64,000 bases of DNA from the NCBI GenBank assembly GCA_030390025.1, contig CM059431.1:133054001-133118000 (forward strand). The letters are read 5' to 3'. Position 1 is the first letter of the stretch; each line of letters begins with the position of its first letter. This DNA comes from Squalus acanthias. Its lineage: Eukaryota. A program made the translations under genes and the position numbers. The notes beneath the pieces were generated by a model. That model was not told the origin of the DNA, searched no databases, and saw only the letters and a program-made list of their open reading frames with translations. Positions 24,940-36,636 of this stretch are shown piece by piece.

Positions 24940-25472
24940 TTTTCGACAAGGAAGGATATACTTGCCATAGAGGGAGTGCAACGAAGGTTCACGAGATTGA
25001 TTCCTGGGATGGCAGGGACTGTCGTATGAGAAGAGATTGAGTAAACTAGGCCTGTATTCTCTTGAATTCAGAAGAATGAGAGGGGATCTCATTGAAGCAT
25101 ACAAAATTATTACCGGGCTTGATAGGGTGGATGCTGGGAGAATGTTTCCCTTGGCTGGGGAGTCTAGAACCAGGGGCCACAGCCTCAGGATAAAGGGTAG
25201 GCCATTCAGGACTGAGATGAGAAGAAATTTCTTCACACAGAGGGTGGTGAACCTTTGGAATTCTCTACCCCAGAGGGCTGTGGAGGCTCAGTCATTGGGT
25301 ATATTCAAAACAGAAGTCGATAGATTTCTGACTAGTAAGGGCATCAAGGGATATGGCGATAGGGCCGGTGAATGGAGTTGAGGCAGAAGATCAGCCATGA
25401 TCTCATTGAATGGCGGAGCAGGCTCGAAGGGCCGAATGGCCTACTCCTGCTCCTATTTCTTATGTTCTTATG
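24940..25472 (+). mobile_element. CR1 LINE 3' fragment
   Basis: LGLYSLEFRRMRGDLIE..RNFFTQRVVNLWNSLP; 3' end GGGCCGAATGGCCTACTCCTGCTCC plus (TTCTTATG)x2. Confidence 0.93.
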
Positions 25473-25709
25473 ATATAGTAATAGACTATACACACCTGTA
25501 TGTGGTCCTGTAATGTAGTTAACAGCTGCACAGTGGAGTTACTGAACCTCAGGTATGCTGGACATACCATGGAGTGGTGATAACTGTTAGGGAGACTGGT
25601 TGGATTATTGAGTTTTTGCTTAATTATTAGAGAATTGCAGATTAAAATGGCAGTCTGTGTTGATGAGTAGCTCACAAGTGGCAGGAGTAAAGGGTCTAGT
25701 AATTCCATT

Positions 25710-26244
25710 GGGCCATTTTTAGAGCAGCAAACACCACAGGTATCGATCCCTGCACCCGAAGATGGAGGTCCAAGGATCGCTAGAAATTGGTCCTTGGGCC
25801 TTATCTAAATAATCGAGGCAAGCTGCCAGCACTCATCGTGCCTCGACAGGTAGCTCGCACAATGGAAGAATTCAATTTCAAGTCGCCTCCTTGCTACATA
25901 TTAAAAGTAAAAAACATTTTTTACTAACCTTTTCTGTGCGGCCACTTGCTAGGCTGCATTGATGCCCGGAAAACCTGCACAGATTAGGCCCGGTGCCTGC
26001 CTCAGGGCAGCAGCTTTGGCACAGGGGTCCTTCAACAAATGTTAGGTCCCTAATTATCATATGCAATGGGCCTAATGCCATGTTTTAGGCAGCCGTCCAG
26101 AATGCCATTCAATGAGCCCATCAAATTTAGCAGCAGGCCGAACGCTTGCGCAGATTGGCGTAGCCCGACCCACTGCTAAATTGGTTAGCGTTGCCCCCAT
26201 TTTACACCCGAAAAACAGGCACAATGCATACGAATTTCTACCCC
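25710..26244. mobile_element. Degenerate Harbinger-type MITE
   Basis: ATT|GGGCCATTTTT left end, GAATTTCTACCCC right end, GC-richer than flanks. Confidence 0.45.
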
Positions 26245-26819
26245 AAGTTTTCTGCTCCAAGTAGAGTTGAACCAGGTAGTTCAGCTTTCGGATGAGCTAT
26301 CCAGAAATTCTAAAATGTAAACTAGACAGCAAAAATCTGGATTTAAAATTAGACGTCTTTTTTTCCACTTAATCTGTGTCCTTTAATACAGAAGCACGAG
26401 TGATTTAGGCTATTAAGGTCTTTACTGATTTTTAAAAAAATCATTACATAGAAAGCAATAGTACTCAAACCATGATCCCACTCTCCAGCACCTCTCTACC
26501 CGCTACCTGCTACGCTTCAAAAGGCGTTCAGCTCCAGATCTGAGTAGGAATAAGAACATGGGAAAGTCATGTACAAGAAAAAGCTGTTCAACCCATCAAA
26601 GTTCAGCCCTATAGTACCCCAACTCTCCCATTAGAGCATCCAGCTGCACTTTGAATACTCCTAATGCTTTTGCCTCCACTATCCTATCTGGTAAGTTTCT
26701 TCAAGCATGTATCCTCCTTTGAGTGCTCTATTTATGCTGTAACTAGGAAAATATACTAATAATCCACCACATGTGTCATATATATACATTATATTATATT
26801 TTATTATATATTAATTATT

Positions 26820-27123
26820 CTTGGCATCTGGGCAATGCTGATAATGCTGCATTTTATTGTCCATCCAGGAAGGCGGTGTCCAGGAAGGCGGTGGTGGGCT
26901 TTCTAGAGTCATGTATAGGTCAGACCAGGCAGGGGTGACAGATTTCCTTCCTAAAAGACATTAGTGAACCACTTGGGTTACTACAACAATTTCCCAGCTT
27001 TCGTGGTCATTTTTTTCTGGCAGTAGCCCTCATGTTATCAGATTTATAGAATTCAATTCACAACTTGCAATGGCGGGATTTGAACATGACCTCTGGATTG
27101 CTAGTCCAGTACTTTAACCACTA
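26820..27123 (-). mobile_element. Short SINE with the head and tail of the 16977-20158 LINE (MetaSINE-like)
   Basis: Reverse strand reads TAGTGGTTAAAGTACTGGACTAGCAATCCAGAGG..GTTCAAATCCCGCC, then TGGTTCACTAATGTCTTTTAGGAAGGAAATCTG, then GGATGGACAATAAAATGCAGC..GCCCAGATGCC, with no ORF between. Confidence 0.75.
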
Positions 27124-28582
27124 AAACGATACAACATCATTTAGATCCTATTTAAATCCTAGAGCCTAATTTTAACAAATCCCAGTTGGAATCCTGATTT
27201 ACCTGCACTATTTCAGCACTTCAGGGGGAAAGGGTGGCGAGGAGTGGACCTTTACTGATTTCTAGGCCTGTATCATAACCGCCCTGGGAGTGCTTAGTAC
27301 TAGTGCTTCATACAATATGGAAAATACCTATTGTATATAACGACTGACTTTCCCTGGATTCACGATTTAGTGCTCTGTGGACCATAAAGTTTCAGCTGGA
27401 GTCAGACCATCTCATTATTTTTTGAAATATCACGCTTGTACCTCCCTGATAAATAATTCCTGCCGGTATAATGTATCAGGCCGCACCATATTTGCCAAGG
27501 CCAGCAAGGTTAAAGCAGCAATCTAGCCTGAGTATCACCTTTGTTAATTTTTTTGCCCTGCAGTCAGTGATTTCCATATACAGAGTGACCTCAGTTTCTG
27601 CTGAACATGTGAAATCATGATGAAGCATGAAATGACACGTATTGCTGTCGGAGATTTGAAATGAGGCCTGCTAACCTGTGGGCAGTATCTCAGGACCAAT
27701 AAGTCTCTTGCAGTGGAAATGTATTATGATATACACTCCTTAGGAAAAAAAGGCTGGTGAAGTTTTTATCTAGGTCATTGACAAACATGACAATTTAATG
27801 TATTTTTGTAATAATCCAGTCTTATCCCACTTTTGAGGCCGTTATCTCCCTGATTCTTGAAATATGAATGCGGCAAAGAAAGCTTTTTTTTGCATCTGTG
27901 GTTTAACGATTGACAACGTTTATGTGGTATTAAAGGCTGGTGGAGATTTTCAGGGCATTTAGATATTCGTGCTGTTTGTAATCACTGCGATGATTTTAAT
28001 ATTTGAAATGCTTGCAGCGGAGGGACTGTTGGAAATAGATAAAAGTACGTTGTGGGTAGAATTTTATTATTGTAAAACATTTTGTGAAAGTAATAGGAAT
28101 AATAGCAAATATAAATATATTTTTTAATTAAAAGCAAAAATTCCAAACATGCACCTTTTAACTTGATTTCATTAATAGTAATGCATTTTTACAATACTGT
28201 TTTCAAAAAATAGATGTAGTACTTCAAAAACATTTAATGAAACTACTAGAAAATTCAGTTGATGAATCACTGTGGTATGTATGTACCACACCTTATTTTC
28301 ACGGGTATTCTTTGACGAGGTGCCTTTTGTTCACAACACGCAAAGGTATTTTGCAATCTCTGTTTCCCCTGGTTGTAATGTTTCAATCGCAATAGCTTTA
28401 AGAATCTCTTCTGGACTGTGAGTGGGCTAGAATGTGCTAGCTCACAAATGGCTAAAGCTGTTCCTGCTGGAACCGGTTTTAGTTAAACTTCTGGGACCAG
28501 TAGTTAACAATATCATTTCCTGCACTTTGGGGCGGGAGGGAATGGCGTTGAGGAATGTATTTCTGTAAAACTCACACACAGT

Positions 28583-31500
28583 AGCCGGAATTTTGCCGGC
28601 ACTCAGAGGGCAGGTTTGGAGGCAGGTCCGCTGTCAAAATCTAAAAGATTGACAGCGGGTTGGGATCCCGCTCTGAACCCGCCTCCGTGTCAGTTTCCCA
28701 AATGTTGGGTCTGTCTGCGCTTTAAAGGGACCATGTCCACATTCATTTTGCGGTGGGTCAGCCAATTGAGATAGTTAAGAGGGTTTTTAAAGGTAGTTAA
28801 ACAGCATTTTACCACCATTTTTCCAACTTTTCCATGAGGTTCCCGTCACTCGGGGATCACGTCAGGTAAGTGTGTCGGGTTCTCAATGACTCTCCATTGC
28901 TGTGACTAGGCGACAGCTGCAAAAGTGGTATAAAAGCTACCATTTCATAGCTGTTCACTTTCCAATGTTAGAAGATTGAGCCTTCAGGATTTGGAAGACA
29001 CTTTGAGCTGTATGCAGTTTGGAAGTGTATGGAGTAAACTCTATCGATTGTCACTTCCTTGGAGCAAGCTCTCTCACCATTGACAGATTGCTTCTGTCAT
29101 CTCAACTTCAGCTGCCATCTATTCCATCAGCATCGGTACCCTTGAAAAAATCTCATCTTGGTCCTCAGAATCCCACCACGATCAGCCCCAACACCAACAT
29201 CACCAGGCACACCAACATCACCAACAACAATATCAACCTTCTCCGCAATCACCTGATGCTGCACAGGACACAGGGCATCAGCACTCGACTATATTGCTGC
29301 CCGGGACGCCAGCGATGGCCTCGCCATAGACAGATTTACCTCACTTGATGCTGAACACCCTGGCTGCCACATGATGCGCCAGGTTGGCACCAACCCACAC
29401 CAGCACCATAAAGCATCCCTACAATGTCCAAGCCATTCCTTTCACACTCATCACCATTGGGGGGGGGGTACCGTTATGTCTCACCATTCACTGAAACTCA
29501 CTAAGACACTTCTAAAGGTGCACACAAATCTGTCCAAGAAGGCAAAGTGTTGAAAATAAAGGTTTCAATGTTTGACAACACATTAACAGAAACTTTACAT
29601 GAACATTGCATAAAACACCCAAGTGCCTACCCTTGTGTGTTGTTAGTTGGTATGATTGGACAAGGATGAGGGTGAGTGTGAGGAGTGGCTAGTGAGATGG
29701 GGAAGTGATAATGTAGATAGAGAGGGATGGTTGGAGGTGCAAGGTAAGTTGGTGTGAGTAAGGATGTGCAGGAGTAGGGTAGGGAAGGCAGAGTGATGGG
29801 GATGTGATGAGTGGCACAGCAGGATGAGGCTGAGTGTGACTTTGTAGTCATGTTTTGTGAGCTACTGAGATCATTGAAAGGTTTGCGCCACTGCAGCCTG
29901 GTCCTCCTGACCACATCCCTGCTTGTATCCTCCTGTGCAATGTGCAACCAGGCTGCATTGGTGTCCCGGGGAGGTGTCTTCCACCCATTGGAAGGGAAGA
30001 GAACCTCCCTGTGTGCTGTGACTCCCTCCATAAGCACATGGAGCGAGTCATGGGAGAGCCTGGTTACAGCTGTGCTTTGCTCGTCAGTGTTTGCAGCACC
30101 TCAAAGCTGCAGAACACTGACAGCACAACTGTCAAAATGAATGTGGACATGGTCCCTTTAAGTAAACTGGCTGACGGCGCGTCATCAAATGACGTCATCA
30201 GACCCGCTTCCTTGTAATTGGCCGGGAACCTCGCAGGGCGGGCTTAACAAGCCCTATTAACATAAAATCATGTCGGAGGCTGGGATCCAGACAGCTGTTG
30301 GGTCGGCACCTGTCACGGACGTCACCCACCACCCGCCATGGACATCGCCAACCACCTGCCATGGACATTGCCCACCACCCGCCACGGACATCGCCCACCA
30401 CAGACATCACTCACCATCCGCCACAGACATCGCCCACCACCCGCCACGGACATCGCCAACCACAGACATCACTCACCATCCGCCACGGACATCGCCCACC
30501 ACCCACCACGGACATCACCCACCACCCGCCATGGACATCGCCAACCACCCACCACGGATATCACCCACCACCCGCCATGGACATCACCCACCACAGACAT
30601 CACCCACCACCCGCCACGGACATCACCAACCACCCGCCACAGACATCGCCCACCACCCGCCACGGACATCGCCCACCACAGACATCACTCACCATCCGCC
30701 ACGGACATCGCCCACCACCCACCACGGACGTCACCCACCACCCGCCATGGACATCGCCAACCACCCACCACGGATATCACCCACCACCCGCCATGGACAT
30801 CACCCACCACAGACATCACCCACCACCCGCCACGGACATCACCCACCACCCGCCATGGACATCACCCACCACAGACATCACCCACCACCCGCCACGGACA
30901 TCACCCACCACCCGCCAAGGACATCACCCACCACAGACATCACCCACCACCCGCCACAGACATCACCCACCACCCGCCACGGACATCACCCACCACAGAC
31001 ATCGCCCACCACCCGCCACGGACATCACCCACCACCCGCCACGGACATCACCCACCACAGACATCGCCCACCACCCGCCACGGACATCACCCACCACAGA
31101 CATCGCCCACCACCCGCCACGGACATCACCCACCACCCGCCATGGACATCACCCACCACAGACATCACCCACCACCCGCCACGGACATCACCAACCACCC
31201 ACCACAGACATCGCCCACCACCCGCCATGGACATCACCCACCACAGACATCACCCACCACCCGCCACGGACATCACCCACCACCCGCCACGGACATCACC
31301 CACCACCCGCCACGGACATCACCCACCACCCGCCATGGACATCACCCACCACAGACATCGCCCACCACCCGCCACGGACATCACCCACCACCCGCCACGG
31401 ACATCACCCACCACCCACATCACCCACCACCCACCACGGACATCACCCACCACCCGCCATGGACATCACCCACCACAGACATCACCCACCACCCGCCATG

Positions 31501-32050
31501 GACATCACCCACCACAGACATCACCCACCACCCGCCACGGACATCACCCACCACCCGCCACGGACATCACCCACCACGGACATCACCCACCACCCACCAC
31601 GGACATCACCCACCACCCACATCACCCACCACGGACATCACCCACCACCCACCACGGACATCACCCACCACGGACATCACCCACCACCCACCACGGACAT
31701 CACCCACCACCCACCACGGACATCACCCACCACAGACATCACCCACCACCCGCCACGGACATCACCCACCACAGACATCACCCACCACCCGCCACAGACA
31801 TCACCCACCACAAACATCACCCACCACCCGCCACAGACATCGCCCACCACAGACATCGCCCACCACCCGCTATGGACATCGCCCTCCACCCGCCACGGAC
31901 ATCGCCCTCCACCCGCCACGGACATCACCCACCACAGACATCACCCACCACCTGCCACGGACATCACCCACCACCTGCCACGGACATCGCCCACCACCCG
32001 TCACGGATGTCACCCGCCATGGACCTGCCGAGGTTGGTAAAAGCTAGCCC
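28583..32050 (+). mobile_element. Internally deleted Harbinger related to 20849-24934, hosting a minisatellite
   Basis: AGCCGGAATTTT left end, degenerate right end TAAAAGCTAGCCC, AGT on both flanks. Retains transposase 5' part (~29060-29290), the intergenic poly(A) region, and Myb intron 1/exon 1 (HREVLFPSNG..W..RTRLQWRKPFNDL). Confidence 0.8.
30318..32025. repeat. Minisatellite of mixed 23-bp (GGACATCACCCACCACCCGCCAC) and 16-bp (AGACATCACCCACCAC) units
   Basis: Units directly visible over ~1.7 kb; the C/A-rich strand has no stop codons. Confidence 0.97.
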
Positions 32051-32375
32051 AGTATGTGAGTTATTTTGAAATGCTTACAATTGGGAGTAGCTGTTTCAAG
32101 TGGGATGAACTAAAATGAAAATTTTGCAGAAGTATTGGCATCTATAGATGAGGAAGTGACCAAGATAAACGTTGACGTTAGATAGTGTGATTGAGATAAT
32201 TCCAATACACAAATCATTCATTATTTTGTGTCTACTCTCACAAAGGGTTAGAGAAAACCATGTGCAAAAGTAGAGAACTGCACAAAAATGATTATATGAG
32301 TTGAATTTGCGCTACTTTAAAAAAAATTAAATGGTAGTTACTAATTTTATTTTGTAAATATGTATTAAAAACAAT

Positions 32376-33108
32376 GGGCTGGATTTTCCGACCCCCATGG
32401 GTGTGTACGAGGCGTGTATGCACCCATAGGAGCCTCGCAAGTGCCGGTTTCAGGCATGCGAAGCGCATGCGCTAAAACCCGGCACTTCCGATCTGTCAAG
32501 AATCCTCTTGACAGATCATCCGCCTGCCCGGGAAAAGGGCCTCCGCGGGCAGGGAGTTCCGCTTTCTGCACAACTTCCTCCCGCTGAAAGCCTTTAAAAA
32601 TCTTACGCCTGGTAAAAGCAGGCCAGCATAAGAGTTTAAAAAAATAAAAACATTTCACTCATTTATAATTTAAAATACTTTTAAAAAAGGTAAGTTTATT
32701 TTTAGCCCCATAAAAAACTTTAATTATTTTTTCAAAAAATTAAATTTGTGTAAAGTATTTAATTTAATGTAATTTTAACTAATTTTAAATACGTGATTTA
32801 AAAAAAAATTATTTAATGTTTAACTGTTTTTTAAGTGATCCCCATTCATACTTTTGACATGTGTGTGTAGAGGCCTGTCAAAAGTGTGAAGGGGGTTTCC
32901 CTTCTTTGATTGGTTCCCCATGGCCCACGTGATCCCAGGGACGCTTGCGAACCGCCTGCGCCCCTGGGATACCTGGGCCTCTGTGTATTTTCGTAGTGGA
33001 GAGGTCCAGGATTGCAAGCCTCGGGACCTACGGAGCCAGCAGGTAAGTGCGTAGATTTTTTCTGATTGGAGGCATCTGCACGTAGGAAGCCTCCGATCGG
33101 AAATTCAC
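32376..33108 (+). mobile_element. PIF/Harbinger-type MITE, family A
   Basis: AAT|GGGCTGGATTTTCCGA ... TCGGAAATTCAC|AAT; interior collinear with 33253-33996. Confidence 0.85.
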
Positions 33109-33252
33109 AATGTTGTCAATTCCTAAAGTAAAACTACATTCCTTTTCACAAAATATTTTATATTTCATGGTTGATTAAGAACAACAGGTATTCCTGTAAA
33201 ATCTCATTAAATCAGATCTACACAATCTGTGAACTGGTCTTACAAGTATAAT

Positions 33253-33996
33253 GGGCCAGATATTCCGATCCCTACGGGTGGGTACGCGCTGTGTACCCAC
33301 CCGTAGGGACATCGGAAATGCCAGTTTCAGGCATGCACTGCGCATGCGCTGAAAACCGGCATTTCCGATCTGTCAAGAATGGTCTTGACAGATCCTCCTG
33401 CCTGCCCGGGAGAAGGGCCTCTGCGGGCGGATAGTTCCACTTTTTGGAGACCCTCCGCCTGCAGAAAAGCCCTTACAATTCTTACGCCTGGTAAAAGCAG
33501 GCATAAGCCCTGCTTTTACCAGGATAAGAGTTGAAAAAAGTCAAAAAGAAAATTTCACTGATTTATCATTTAAAAATACTTTAAAAAAAGGTAAGTTTAT
33601 TTTTAGCCCCATAAAAAACTTTTATTATTTTTTTCAAAAAATTAATTTTTGTTTAAAATACTTAATTTATTGTAATTTCAAGTCATTTTAAAAATGTGAT
33701 TTTTTTTTTATTTATTTAAAGTTTTACTATGTTTTTGGGGTGATCTCCATTCATATATTTGACAGGTCTTCCTGTCAAGTGTATGAAGGGGGATTCCCTT
33801 CTTTGATTGGCTCCGTATGGCCCATGTGATCCCAGGGACGCTGCGAACTACCTGCGCCTCTGGGATACGTGGGCCCTGCGCACTTGGAGTTTGGAGAGGC
33901 CCAGGAGCGGAAGTGTGTGCGTCCCGGGAGCCCTCAGGTAAGGGCGTAGATTTTTCCAGATCGCAGGCCTCCGCCTGCGATCGGAAAATACGGGCC
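33253..33996 (+). mobile_element. PIF/Harbinger-type MITE, family A
   Basis: TIRs GGGCCAGATATTCCGATC / GATCGGAAAATACGGGCC, flanks AAT/ATT; highly similar to 4134-4833. Confidence 0.88.
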
Positions 33997-34079
33997 ATTA
34001 CTTGATGTTCCGGTTAATTTGCTTGTGAAGAATAGGTGTTAGTAAAAGGTGCTCCTGACCACAAGCAAAGTATAATGAG

Positions 34080-34525
34080 ATAAAAACAGAAAATGCTGGA
34101 AACACTCAGCAGGTCAGGCAGCATCTGTGGAGAGAGAAACAGAGTTAACGTTTCAGGTCTGTGACCTTTCGTCAGAACTGGAAAAAGTTAGAGATGTAAC
34201 CGGTTTTAAGCAAGTACAGCGGCAGGGAATGGGGGAGGGGAGGAAAGAACAACAGGGAAGGTCTGTGATAGGGTGGAAGGCAGGAGAGATTAAAAGACAA
34301 AAAGGATGATGGTGCAAGGTGAAAGGAGATGGTAATGGGAGAAGTAAAGAAACAAAAGATGTTTCTAGAGGAGGTGGAAATGGGAATGGTAGAATCATCA
34401 GCAACAGCTGGCGTCCGAAACAAAATTGGGGGCCGAGGTTATGGTCTGAAATTGTTGAACTCAATGTTGAATCCGGAAGGCTGTAAAGTGCCTAATAGAA
34501 AGATGAGGTGCTGTTCCTCGAGCTT
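34080..34525 (-). mobile_element. Penelope-like retroelement 3' fragment (GIY-YIG C-terminus plus terminal repeat)
   Basis: Minus strand encodes KLEEQHLIFLLGTLQPSGFNIEFNNFRP*, typical of a PLE endonuclease C-terminus, followed by the shared terminal repeat. Confidence 0.85.
34143..34179 (-). ncRNA. Minimal type-I hammerhead ribozyme motif (putative)
   Basis: AGUU-CUGACGA-A-AGGUC(ACA)GACCU-GAAA-CG-UU-AACU: intact core, 5-bp helix II, palindromic AACGUU helix III, 4-bp helix I. Confidence 0.7.
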
Positions 34526-34529
34526 ACAA

Positions 34530-34704
34530 TTTCACCAATTTTGACTGCAGTAGTAGCGCAAAACGGGTAACAGCAAATCGGCTGCCTGTTTTACACACTG
34601 CCCCATTTTCTTTTCTGTTGACTTCAATGTAAAAAGAAAATCATATAGGGGGTAAAAGGAGCTGCCAACCTGCTATTGCCCATTCTGGAGACGAATTTCA
34701 CCCC
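34530..34704. mobile_element. Small palindromic MITE remnant
   Basis: Self-complementary interior and AATTTCACCCC end; related to 36853-36995 and ~20325-20430. Confidence 0.5.
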
Positions 34705-35034
34705 TTTAGTAAAAAAAGACGAAGATTTAAGAAACCAGTAGGAAATCTCATTTTAGTCGACACAAAAAGAAAAGTTGCTAATGCTGAAAACCTGAAATGA
34801 AAACAAAAAGTACAAGAAATATACTGCAGGTCAGTCATCTGAAACAGGTAAATGTTTCAGGTGTGACTGGCCCGTTAAAATGGAATGTATCGCCTGAAAT
34901 AACAATCTATTTTTTTGTTTCAGATGTTCATTCACCTGACATTCTTTTAAATTTCAGAAATCTTTTCTTTGATATTGGCACAGTGCCTTTATTTATTGCC
35001 ACAATTGTATGTGAATGACTATTACCCGCACATA

Positions 35035-35998
35035 GGGGGGAATTTTAACCTAAAAAAAATGGGTGGGTTGGGGGTGTGGGATAGTTAAATTGTTCAAAAT
35101 CAGAATCCCGACCTGAACCCACCTCCTACCCACCCACTTCCGGTTTTAACGGAGGCGGGATGGGATCAGGATGGGGTCAGGCAGCCAACACGCTCTCGGG
35201 GGGGCAGAACGTCAGTTTAAATATTATACGCCTCTTTTTTCACCTCCATTTTGTTTTTAACTGCGTGTGGATGGGTTTTACACAATTCGTCAAACCCATC
35301 AGTTACAGCAAGACGGGTCTGCTGGATCCAGGAGGTAAGTGCCTTTATACCTACCTCCTGGATCCAGGGTCCCTACCTAACCCGCCCCCCGTGATCAGAG
35401 ATCCCCCCATGAGGCCTCCGATCACCCCCCGCAGGCCTCCCCCCACCCCACACTGATGATGCTAAGGCCGGCCACAATCTTCTCTCCCCCTCCACCGATC
35501 CTCCGGAGGCCAGCTACGATCCTTGGAGGCCGGCCACGACCTTCCCTTCACCCAACGCCCGCTCCCCCCCATTATCCAGTGTCCAGCCATGATCCTCCCT
35601 TCATCCCCACCCCACCCCAGAAAATCCAGCCCTGATCCTCTCTCCCCCCCACCCCAATCCACTGCCCAACGCCCCCGATCCTTTCAATGGCCCGGCCGGA
35701 CCCCCGATCCTCTGCCCGACTCCCCCCCGCCCCCGACCCTTTTAACGGCCCGGCCCCCATGTGAACCCTCCCTCCCTCCTCTGTGCGGCCTCGTGCCACA
35801 GGCCTACCTACGCGCAGCCAGCCAGCCTCTCAATCTGGCAAGCAGCAGGCGGGAAACTGAGGCTTCGCATGCAAATCAGGCCCTGCCGTTAAAGTCGGTA
35901 GGGTCTACTGGAAACCCGGCCTCCCAGGTTTCCCAACTGCCTCGGAACCACCCCCCACCCCCCCGCCCCAACCCATCTTCCTCCTTAAAATCCAGCCC
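35035..35998. mobile_element. Harbinger-type MITE, family B (C-run/GATC-rich interior)
   Basis: ATA|GGGGGGAATTTTAA ... TTAAAATCCAGCCC|ATA: TIRs with a 3-bp TSD. Confidence 0.75.
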
Positions 35999-36076
35999 AT
36001 AGCTTTTGCTTCTCAATCATATCCTTTTCAAACTGCGCCCCTTAGCTTAATGTCAATTACCCTCTCTACATCACAC

Positions 36077-36636
36077 CAACAACAACTTGTATTTATATAG
36101 TGCCTTTAACGTAGTAAAACATCCCAAGCCACTTCACAGAAGTATTATAAAACAAAATTTGACACCGAGCCACATAAGGAGAAATTAGGGCAGATGAGGT
36201 AGGTTTTAAGGAGCGTCTTAAAGGAGGAAATAGAGGTAGAGAGGCAGAAAGGTTTAGGGAGCAAATTCCAGAGCTTAGGCCCTAGGCATTTGAAGGCATG
36301 GCCACCAATGGTTGAGTAACTAAAATCAGGGATGCTCAAGAGGCCATAATTTGAGGAGCGCAGATATCTCAGGGGGTTGTGGGGCTGGAGGAGATTACAG
36401 AGATAGGGAGGGGTGAGGCCATGGACGGATTTGAAAACAAGGATGAGAATTTTAAAATCGAGGCGTTGCTTAACCGGGAGCCAATGTAGGTCAGCGAGCA
36501 GAGGAGTGATGGGTGAACGGGACTTGATGTGAGTTAGGACACGGGCAGCCGAGTTTTGGATGACCTCAAGTTTACGTCGGGTAGAATGTGGGAGGCCAGC
36601 CAGGAGTGTGTTGGAATAGTCAAGTCTAGAGGTAAC
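36077..36636 (-). mobile_element. L2 LINE 3' fragment
   Basis: Reverse complement of the 37754-38423 family; CAACAACAACTTGTATTTATATAG tail; GPKLWNLLP. Confidence 0.9.

Noticed and set aside
30270..32069. Three overlapping 569-599 aa Pro/Thr/His-rich ORFs
   Set aside because: All three plus-strand frames are open because the minisatellite strand lacks stop codons. Unit lengths of 23 and 16 shift frame constantly, so this is not a mucin or extensin gene.
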